The notes under the pieces were generated by a model. That model had not been told where the DNA came from. It saw only the letters and a list, made by a program, of their open reading frames with translations, and made no database searches. DNA of 39,536 bases from Octopus bimaculoides (Eukaryota). Of the stretch, positions 23,673 through 32,782 are shown one piece after another. Location of the stretch: contig NC_068997.1 in assembly GCF_001194135.2 (NCBI RefSeq), positions 25,762,205-25,801,740 of the forward strand. The letters are read 5' to 3'. How positions within the stretch are numbered: the stretch's first letter is position 1; the number at the start of each line of letters is the position of its first letter. A program made the translations under genes and the position numbers.

Positions 23673-23811
23673 GTGTTTCTGCTGTTTTGTTTTGTTAATG
23701 CTTAGCCCCAGTTTCGTTTCGATTGAACAGAGAATTATAATCAAAGACATTCCAGGCGTGACTGTCCGGTTTTTTATCATATGGAAGGGGAATTTCGATC
23801 CACTTAGCCGA

Positions 23812-24306
23812 ACGGTTGAGTAAAAAGTAAGCAACGTTTTGGACCATGAAGAATTTGTACCGGAGTTTTGCAGAGTTTTGAAGTTTTTTTAACATTCTTT
23901 TTGCTGTTGTCTGATAATACAGACATAAACGCGCTCAATAACTTGATATTTTTTTTTCACTGCTGTTACAATCATCTGAAATGGAACTGTCAAAGACCAA
24001 TATTCGAGCAATTTTGCTATTCAACTTCAAAAAAGGGACGTAAAGCAGATGAAACTGCTCACGATATCAACGAAACGTCTGGTGCAAAAATGACCAGTGA
24101 GTGGTCAGCTCGAAAATGGTTTAAACGATTTCACAGTGGAGACTGAAGCCCTGAAGATCGTGAGCGTAGTGGATACCCATCTGTCATCGATATCGGTCAA
24201 TTAAAGACCGTCATTGAGAAAGAAGTAAAACAACTCGAAAACTGGCAAAAGAACTTCAAGTTAGCCAGGAAAGTGCCTGCAACCATTTGCATGCGATCGG
24301 AAAATT
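23812..24306 (+). mobile_element. Decayed mariner element: 5' TIR-like sequence plus the N-terminal (HTH) part of the transposase
   Basis: From the ATG at 23981: MELSKTNIRAILLFNFKK / (+1 frameshift in an A-run) GRKADETAHDINETSGAKMTSEWSARKWFKRFHSGD*SPEDRERSGYPSVIDIGQLKTVIEK / KTTRKLAKELQVSQESACNHLHAIGK, a typical mariner N-terminus. ACGGTTGAGTAAAAAGTAAGCAACGTTTTG at 23812-23841 resembles Hsmar1/MADE1-type TIRs. Confidence 0.9.
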
Positions 24307-24686
24307 GATATTTAGCAGAAGCAGCAGAGTAACTTAACGTCCGAGAGTTTCGTGCATTGGCACATATACNNNNNNNNNNNNNNNNNNNNNNNNNNNNNNN
24401 NNNNNNNNNNNNNNNNNNNNNNNNNNNNNNNNNNNNNNNNNNNNNNNNNNNNNNCATTAAAAAAACATAGTGCGTATGCATGCACAAACATAAATATAGG
24501 CATGCATGCAATGCAACTATACACATGTGTTTTAGTGATTTCTTTTCCTTCTTCAACTTTTTCCCTTTCTCCTTTCCGACGAAGAGCTATGCTCGAAACG
24601 TCAAACTCTCTGAACATCACGCTAATACATTCTTTGTGCACGTCCCCTTGTTGTCCGTTGGTTTTATTCGTTTATTTGAATTAATT

Positions 24687-24719
<33 letters not shown>

Positions 24720-25252
24720 CACACACACACACACATGTATATGTGTGTGTGTGTGTGTGTGTGCGTGTGTGTGTGTGTATTGCTATATTTCGGGATGGTC
24801 ATTTTATTTTTTGCCAATTCATAAACGTGTATGTATATGTATATATATATGTAGTGAAGGAGAGAGGAGGAGTGCCAGAGAGAGAGAAAATTCTTGTGTA
24901 CGCATGTGTCACGTGTGTGTGTGTGTTTAGTATTAGCAACAGAGGAAGAGACATACAAAATGTGTAAGATATAATATTTATAATTTTAGGGTGTGGGACG
25001 GCGCAAGATGATGATAAAGTGTGTTTTAACACAGTTTTCGAAATAAGCGGAAGTAGGGAGATATTTGATAGTGGTGGTAGTGGTGGTGGTGGTGAGAGGT
25101 GGCTGTCTATGGATGTAAGCTGTGGGGTGAGGAGAGTACGTGAGGACTAAAGTAAGTGGTGCTGCTCTTTTTTGGCAGGGTGCGTATGGTGGTGGTAAGA
25201 CTGTAATGTACTGTTGATACATTTTGCTGTTATTATTATTATTATTATACAA

Positions 25253-25480
25253 AGCGGCAAGCTAGCAGAATTGTTAGCACGCCGAGCAAAATGCTTACCA
25301 GCCTTTCGTCCGTCATTACGTTCTGAGTTCAAATTCCGCCGAGGTCAACTTTATCCTTCATCCTTTCTGGGGTCGAAAAAATAAGTACCAGTGAAATATT
25401 GGGGTCGATGTAATCGACTAGTTCTCTTCCCAAAAACTTCAAGCCCTGTGCCTCTACTAGAAAGGATTATTATTATCATT
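25253..25480 (+). mobile_element. Full-length SINE family B (tail type 1)
   Basis: Same head and body as 19163, but the 3' end is GACTAGTTCTCTTCCCAAAAACTTCAAGCCCTGTGCCTCTACTAGAAAGGATT; flanked by (ATT)n on both sides. Confidence 0.88.
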
Positions 25481-25594
25481 TTTATTAATATTATTATTAT
25501 TCATAATGACGTTTTACTGTTGTTGTTACTGTTCCTGATGTTGGTTAATCTTTTACTTGTTTCATGCATCGAACTGCGCCCACGCTGGCTCACT

Positions 25595-25770
25595 GAAACG
25601 ATTCACTTATATTCCAAGTCTGGTACTTAGTCTATCGGTCAGTTTTCCCGAAGCGCTAAGCTACGAGATTATAAACAGTATAGCACCGATTATCAAGCGG
25701 TGGTGGACGAACGCACGCACCAGCATGGCCACAGACTGAGGGCTAAAACATGTAAGAGAATCAAAGAGAA
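25595..25770. mobile_element. Old SINE family A fragments: minus-oriented 3' part joined to a plus-oriented terminus
   Basis: GGTACTTAGTCTATCGGT...TCAAGCGGTGGTGG is minus-type; CCAGCATGGCCACAG...TAAAACATGTAAGAG is the plus-type end. Confidence 0.5.
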
Positions 25771-26114
25771 TCGGGCGTGTTTTTTGAAGCTAGATGCGAA
25801 ATCATGGTATCATGTTAACTGACATTCTTTCTTACATTTTTGCGGAGATAAGAAGCAATCCTTGATTCAATTAATATTATTTTTTTTTACCAACGATGCC
25901 TGTGTAACTATAGGGGTAACTTTTGTGGCTTCAGAGTGTTTTAACACCTATTTTCAGCAAAGCTGGTGTCTTTAAAAAATAAAGAAAAGCGCCCTTGTTA
26001 TATATAATTCCTTTTATATATATATTTAATAATTTTACCTATAAGGCTTTTAGCTTGCGGCCACTAACATTAATATCTATGATGAGTATTAACGTTCTTT
26101 ATTTATTTTATATA

Positions 26115-26260
26115 TCTTTTACACCTTTACACGTTTCAGTCATTTCACTGCGGCCATGGTGGAAGAAATTAACCCCAAGACTTATTCTTTGTAAGCCTAG
26201 TACTTATTCTGTCGTTCCCTTTTGCCGAACCGCTAGGTTTCAGGGACATAAACACGCCAA
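26115..26260 (-). mobile_element. SINE family A, 3' part with an internal deletion
   Basis: GTTTCAGTCATTTCACTGCGGCCATG...GACTTATTCTTTGTAAGCCTAGTACTTATTCT...TTTGCCGAACCGCTA matches 32604-32782. Confidence 0.85.
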
Positions 26261-26395
26261 TATAGGCTATTACACTTTTTGCAGTGCAGGAAAACCTTGT
26301 GATATGACCCTATGTGGGTTTACCTAGAAGTCGTTCCCTTACTACACACAAACATACATACATACACACAAATATCTATACATGTATATAATATA

Positions 26396-26438
<43 letters not shown>

Positions 26439-27150
26439 TTTCTCCTCCTCTTCTCCCACTATTACTCTGTCACTCTCTCTCCCTCACGTGACTCCCACGT
26501 GTCCATCGGCCATTTTTCTTTCTTCTAATTTATATTTCTTTCTTTCACTCCGTTGTAGCTGGAACAAGGAAGACGTGTTCTTGTCTGTCTCTTGCCCAAG
26601 CTTGATTTACGCGTTCGCCACCACAACCTCGTTTAGGCTTAGCAACCCTTCCTGTTTGTTCCACTGTCCTGTTTGTGTTACCAATTTTGACCCTCCGCAA
26701 AATCCTCAAATTTTATTTAATTTGCTTTGCGGGAGCAATTGTTTTATCGAAAGCGTATAAGGTTGTTAAATGCTCGAAATACGAGAGTAGAAAAATAGGC
26801 AACAACTGATGGAGGGTCATCTTTATGTCCTGTGTCTTGTTTTCTATTTGTGTTTTTCGTTGTTCGAAAAAATAGTTCATATTCCATGTACTCGTACTTC
26901 NNNNNNNNNNNNNNNNNNNNNNNNNNNNNNNNNNNNNNNNNNNNNNNNNNNNNNNNNNNNNNNNNNNNNNNNNNNNNNNNNNNNNNNNNNNNNNNNNNNN
27001 NNNNNNNNNNNNNNNNNNNNNNNNNNNNNNNNNNNNNNNNNNNNNNNNNNNNNNNNNNNNNNNNNNNNNNNNNNNNNNNNNNNNNNNNNNNNNNNNNNNN
27101 NNNNNNNNNNNNNNNNNNNNNNNNNNNNNNNNNNNNNNNNNNNNNNNNNN

Positions 27151-27215
<65 letters not shown>

Positions 27216-27575
27216 ATGTATGTATATATGTATATATGAATATATGTCTGTGTCTGTGTGTAATGTATTTTGCACACTCCTGTACGGATACAGACGCTTT
27301 AAGAGATATATAATTCTAAATCTGTACAAACAAACCTCCCTCTCCACATACGCCTCATCCATGTTTAAATGTATATACGTTTATGCACACGCGATTAAGA
27401 ATCTATACCACGGACATTCTAATATACATTACATGAATATTCATGAGTGAATGTGTTTGTGTGTGTGTGTATGTGTTAATATTATTAATAAACTAAGTCG
27501 CGGCAATATCTTACCAATGATATTTTTGTCTACCAACCACTAGCAGCAGCCACATTCTTTTTGGTTTTGTCAAAG

Positions 27576-27968
27576 CTTCCGCTTCCGCTCCCGTTCCGTA
27601 ACGGAAGTGAAGCCATACATGCATGCATGCATACATACAAACATACATACATGCATACATACATACTTGTACACAAACACATACATATATAAACACACAT
27701 AATACGTACATACATATATAAACAGACCCACATATGCATTCATAAATACATACACACATATACATACATATACACAGAGCTGTATACGCACACATTCATA
27801 CTCACTCACATACATCCAGATATATACACACATACATATATACATATTCATATGTTGTGTATATGTCAAGTACTTCCGCCATTTCTAAATGCACTTTCTA
27901 TTTCATACAAATGTAAACCAGGTGGTGTTGTGGTAGAAGATTATAACGAATGGCGTCAAAATGGCGTC
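27576..27968. promoter_or_regulatory. Candidate promoter: clustered ETS-like (CGGAAG) and YY1-like (AATGGCG) motifs
   Basis: GCTTCCGCTTCCGCTCCCGTTCCGTAACGGAAGTG at 27575-27609; ACTTCCGCCATTT at 27872-27884; AATGGCGTC twice (27949, 27960). Motif-only evidence. Confidence 0.3.
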
Positions 27969-28252
27969 TTTGTGGGCAAAAACTGTAGATTTACTAATTT
28001 TGTCCGAGTCAATAAGGGTCTCCTTCTGACCACTAAAAATAGCAGTCACAGCTTCTTCAAATCCCACTCCATCGCTTTTAGGAAAAGATAGGCTTTAAGT
28101 TTCGAACATCTCGTGTTAATGAAGTGTTCGTAACCCTATGACCAGTAGAAATAGCAGCCAAATCTTCAACTAATATTTCATCAGAGTCCTTCTTCAGAAA
28201 AAGGGTTCTAAGTTTCGAACTCTTTGAACCAATGAAAATCTCTCAGAACACT

Positions 28253-28362
28253 ATGTATGTATGTATGTATGTATGTATGTATGTATGTATGTATGTGTTT
28301 GTATGTATATATATATGTTTGTACATATATATTTACATGTGTAAGAGAGTTTCTCTCTCTCT

Positions 28363-28442
<80 letters not shown>

Positions 28443-28462
28443 CTTTCTCTCTCTCTCTCTCT
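28253..28462. repeat. (ATGT)n followed by (CT)n microsatellites
   Basis: Direct reading. Confidence 0.95.
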
Positions 28463-29145
28463 GCACTCGGAAAACTACCCGAGAATGACCAGGCTACAAA
28501 TAAAGCAAGGAACAATCTTTAAACCGGAAGAATTTCTTTTCTTTTCTTTTTTTTTTATGCGTGTTATTTTCTTTCTCTACATCTTAAAACGGCGGAAAAG
28601 TTTTCCTTTCGCTTTCATAAAAAATTAGATTTTATTCATTTATTCAAATGATTTTTATTAATTTTTCTTTTATTATTTGATTGGCGTAATAAGATTTCGA
28701 AATCTCCATCTTTGAAATAAAATATCTGTAAATTTTATGATATTTGATTTTATTTTCATTCTGTTTCTTTAATTTGTGTTTTTTTTTTTTTAAATCATTT
28801 ATCGTATATGAGGATAATATTTTATGTAGCATGCGCATCAGAAGTTACTCAGAGAGCTCGAGTTTCGTGTAATAACGCACGTCCAAATCGTTAATGCACA
28901 AAATTCGAGATTCGTGGGTAAATTTTATGAATTTTGAATTGCCTTAATATAAGAAACTAATAAACAATTTACTCTACACGGTGTATTTAGTATTCTTTCC
29001 TCCTTTTTTATAAATCAATATTTTCATATATGTGAATGTGCAGTGGTATAATTTTTTAGATTTTATGCGACCCTGCTTTCATATAAACGCTTTAGTTTAT
29101 CATGTTTTATTCATTCTCTCGCCTTTTTTCTTTATCCTTCTTCAG

Positions 29146-29187
29146 GTCTGAATTCCTCAAGGGACGTATTACCTAGACAGCATCCAC
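29146..29187 (+). CDS. 42-nt internal exon of an unidentified + strand gene
   Basis: ctctcgccttttttctttatccttcttcag|GTCTGAATTCCTCAAGGGACGTATTACCTAGACAGCATCCAC|gtaagt: long polypyrimidine tract and a perfect donor. Only phase 1 is open ((G)LNSSRDVLPRQHP); phases 0 and 2 hit TGA and TAG. Confidence 0.65.
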
Positions 29188-29777
29188 GTAAGTAAACCAC
29201 TTTTATATAATATATATGTACATCTTTTTTTTTTTTTATATTTCGGGACGGTCATTTTTTCAAACACACGCACTACATATTCGTTCTTCACTCGTTTGTT
29301 GTTATTCGTATTTTATCTTATCTCCATTGTCTGGAAATCTTTCGTCGCACATCTGTGACCTATTCAGCGACACTTGCATCCGCATATTTCCCCCTGCTCG
29401 TTTAGCTCTGACCTGTATAAGTAATAACAGCCGCAACCTTGAACCTATACATGAAATCTTAACACTGATGTTAACACGAATTGTAACCCTTACACAAACT
29501 CCCAGAAACTTTCTAGATACTCAGATTACGCGTTAACACAAATCCATTGACTTTAGCGAAGTGCATATTATTGCCTCGACTCTCTTACTCTCCCATTAAC
29601 CCTAAGATCACGCTAATTACACTTAATTTCGACATAATTAATTAAGTCCCACAGCTAAATAACACAAAGGCAATTAACGTTCTTTCCTTAATGTTTTACA
29701 TTGACACTAATTTCGTATATACAGAATAAGTCTCGTATTTGGGTGTGTGTGTTTGTGCGCGTGCGCGTGTCTGAGGA

Positions 29778-29839
<62 letters not shown>

Positions 29840-29924
29840 CTAATATTATTTTCTTACTTATAATAGTCATTGGACGGCGGGCATCCTGGGGCACCGTATT
29901 GAAGAATATCTACCTTAATACGTG

Positions 29925-30093
29925 ATTTTTAAAGCCTGGTACTTATTGTATCGGTCACTATTGCCGAACCACTAAGTTACTGTGGCGTAAATTTACCGGC
30001 ACCGTTTGTCAAGTGGTGGGAGGTACACACACAGACAGCGGGCTTACTTCAGTTTCCATTTACCAAATCCATTAACAAGGCTTTGGTCGGCTG
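29925..30093 (-). mobile_element. Diverged SINE family A, middle part
   Basis: AAGCCTGGTACTTATT...TGCCGAACC...TTGTCAAGTGGTGGG-(CA)n-CGGGCTTACTTCAGTTTCCATTTACCAAATCC...AAGGCTTTGGTCGGC. Confidence 0.8.
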
Positions 30094-30229
30094 GGAGAAT
30101 CGTTGAAAGCAAAATAAACTCAGTATAGATAACAAATTGACTGCATCTTTATTCATAGCCAGCGTTTCAACATTACAGGTTAAGTACAAGTGCAATCCTT
30201 ATTGCCTTCTTAGGGGGGGGGGGCAATAA

Positions 30230-30622
30230 AGTATATAAACACAGTTAGGCTTTGAGACATATTTACATGGGGCACAAAATACAGATTATCAAATAAAAAT
30301 AAAATCTTGTAAAGTGCTACCTCGACAGCTGTTCCAAGATGGGCATAACTTATATTATAATTTCATTCATTGTTAATATGTGCACGATATAGGTGTGCGA
30401 CTAGCATCGACTCCAAATGAAATTTTTAAAGTAAGTCACACCGCCGTTTTCAAGAGCTGAGTGACATTTGCCAATCTATCCCTATTATTTATGAATGGTT
30501 ATTACGTTAATTATTGAAACAGCTGTCAAGGTAAGTCCTTACATAACTTTCTTTTATTTTATAATCTGTATTTTACTCTCCATGTAAATATACGTATCAA
30601 ACTTAACTGTGTTTACATTACT
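30230..30622. mobile_element. Long-TIR (foldback/MITE-like) element with ~108-bp imperfect inverted arms
   Basis: 30230-30337 (TAAACACAGTTAGG...ATATTTACATGG...AAAATACAGATTAT...GACAGCTGTTCCAA) aligns to the reverse complement of 30514-30622 (TAAACACAGTTAAG...ATATTTACATGG...AAAATACAGATTAT...GACAGCTGTTTCAA). Spacer about 176 bp; no TSD found. Confidence 0.8.
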
Positions 30623-30659
30623 ACGTCTCTGTCTCTCTCTCCCCCAGCAGACTAAGGTG

Positions 30660-30878
30660 TCACTTGTCTGCTGGTCCTGCTTAAAGAACCCTGCGAATAA
30701 TTCTTACACTTCCAAGCAATGCTGATTTTTATAGGTGTTCTGCCTTCACACTTGCACCAATCTTTTTCAGCCATGTTGCTAGTTGAGTGCTGATTTGCCC
30801 AAGTGCACCAATTACTATTGGTATCACGTCTGCTCTCCTCATTGACCACAACCTTCGTATTTCCCACTTCAAATCATC
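30660..30878 (-). mobile_element. R4/Dong-clade LINE, C-terminal end of the ORF plus the start of the 3' UTR (pseudogenised)
   Basis: The minus frame 30878->30681 reads DDLKWEIRRLWSMRRADVIPIVIGALGQISTQLATWLKKIGASVKAEHL*KSALLGSVRIIRRVL*. This is the Y.DL..EI..LW....V.PIV.GALG...LQK.ALLG..RI.R.VL tail of R4-clade RLE elements. There is a premature TAA at 30729-30731, and the ORF track misses this frame. Confidence 0.9.
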
Positions 30879-30920
30879 GACCTCACATCTCTGTGATTAC
30901 GCGTAATCACGGAGATGTGA

Positions 30921-31107
30921 TTTGTCCCCCAACATCGCTTGACAACCGATGCTGGTGTGTTTACGTCCCCATAACCTATCGGTTCGCCACAAGAGCCCGA
31001 TAGAATAAGTCCTAGGCTTACAAAGAATAAGCCCCGGGGTCGATTTGTTCTACTAAAGGCGCTGCTCCAGCATGTCCGCAGTCAAATGCCTGAAACAAAT
31101 AAAATAA
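30921..31107 (+). mobile_element. SINE family A, 3' half
   Basis: TTTGTCCCCCAACATCGCTTGACAACCGATGCTGGTGTGTTTACGTCCCC...CTCCAGCATGTCCGCAGTCAAATGCCTGAAACAAATAAAA matches 35790 onward and the reverse complement of 32604-32782. Confidence 0.9.
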
Positions 31108-31133
31108 TGTCCGTACTCTTTCTTTAACTCTCA

Positions 31134-31170
<37 letters not shown>

Positions 31171-31236
31171 GCGGAGAAAGGGATAAACAGTTTCAGAGAA
31201 AACTAGCCATAGACTGGTAGATAAATAGCTAACTAG

Positions 31237-31343
<107 letters not shown>

Positions 31344-31574
31344 TACATACATGTATAGATTTGCATATAGAGGTACGTATGCGTGTGTGTGTCTGACACT
31401 ATATGGTATTGTGTGGAAGAGTACACTGGAATATTTTCCCAGGGTGCATCTATTCTGTTGAATGTCAGAACGTGTCATAGAAATTTCTTCTTCAAAATCT
31501 AGGATAATTTTGCCGGTTGGAGAGTTTGCAACTCTCTGTTCAAAACGGATAGTCTCCTTACTGTTATATGCAGT

Positions 31575-31631
<57 letters not shown>

Positions 31632-32140
31632 NNNNNNNNNNNNNNNNNNNNNNNNNNNNNNNNNNNNNNNNNNNNNNNNNNNNNNNNNNNNNNNNNNNNN
31701 NNNNNNNNNNNNNNNNNNNNNNNNNNNNNNNNNNNNNNNNNNNNNNNNNNNNNNNNNNNNNNNNNNNNNNNNNNNNNNNNNNNNNNNNNNNNNNNNNNNN
31801 NNNNNNNNNNNNNNNNNNNNNNNNNNNNNNNNNNNNNNNNNNNNNNNNNNNNNNNNNNNNNNNNNNNNNNNNNNNNNNNNNNNNNNNNNNNNNNNNNNNN
31901 NNNNNNNNNNNNNNNNNNNNNNNNNNNNNNNNNNNNNNNNNNNNNNNNNNNNNNNNNNNNNNNNNNNNNNNNNNNNNNNNNNNNNNNNNNNNNNNNNNNN
32001 NNNNNNNNNNNNNNNNNTATATATATATGGATGTATGTATTTGTGTGTCTGTGTTTGGGAGGGTTTATAAATTATTGGCGCAATGACCCTCCCATGATAC
32101 AACACACACTCACACACACACATACACACACACATATATA

Positions 32141-32523
32141 TACTCTTTTACTTGTTTAATTCATTTGTGGCCATGCTGGAGCACCACCTTAAAGGATTTT
32201 ATTCGAACAAATCGACCCAAGGACTTATTCTTTTTAAGCTTAGTACCTTTTCTGTCGATCTATTTTGCTGAACCGCTAATTTATGGGGCGAAAGCAAACC
32301 AACATCGGTTGTCAAGCAATGGTAGGTGGGACACAAACACACGAATGTATACATATATATGTATACAACTAGCTTCTTTCATTTTCCGCCTACGAAATCC
32401 ACTCACAAGGGTTTGGTCAGCGCAAGGATATAGTAGAAGACAGCCGACCAAGGTGCCACACAGTGGGACTGAACCCGGAACCATGTGGTTGAGAATTAAG
32501 CTTCTTACCACACTGCCACGCCT
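32141..32523 (-). mobile_element. Full-length SINE family A
   Basis: Head (reverse complement) GGCGTGGCAGTGTGGTAAGAAGCTT...GGGTTCAGTCCC...CCTTGG, an internal (TA/CA) tract at ~32330-32370, and a tail ending GTAAAAGAGTA. Confidence 0.9.
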
Positions 32524-32603
32524 TGTGATGTCCTGTACCCATATATGCATGTATGTGTACATATAGATGTAGGTATATACATATATGTATGGATATATGC
32601 ATA

Positions 32604-32782
32604 TACTCTTTACGCTTTTACTTGTTTCAGTCATTTGACTGCGGCCATGCTAGAGCACCGCCTTTAGTTGAGCAAATCGACCCCAGGACTTATTCTTTGT
32701 AAGCCTAGTACTTATTCTATCGGTTTATTTTGCCGAACCGCTAATGTTACGGGGACTTAACACACCAGCATCGGTTGTCAAG
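32604..32782 (-). mobile_element. SINE family A, 3' half, in tandem with the previous copy and cut by a gap
   Basis: TACTCTTTACGCTTTTACTTGTTTCAGTCATTTGACTGCGGCCATGCTAGAGCACCGCC...CATCGGTTGTCAAG. Confidence 0.9.

Noticed and set aside
26760-26900. CTGATGGA...TTCGAAA resembling a Penelope-type hammerhead/pLTR fragment (a similar hint lies on the minus strand at 30140-30230)
   Set aside because: The core is mutated, with no GAAAC-stem III and no stem I. It may be a dispersed repeat fragment, but I cannot support a ribozyme call.
27852-28091. 79-aa ORF containing protein-looking GGVVVEDYNEWRQNGVFVGKNCRF
   Set aside because: No recognisable domain and no convincing donor or acceptor; it overlaps the promoter-like motifs.
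28085-28250. Hammerhead-like cores on the minus strand (GAAAC at ~28212 and ~28100; CTGAAGA and CTGATGA at ~28180-28200)
   Set aside because: The spacing leaves no room for stems I and III in any permutation; at most a decayed relic.
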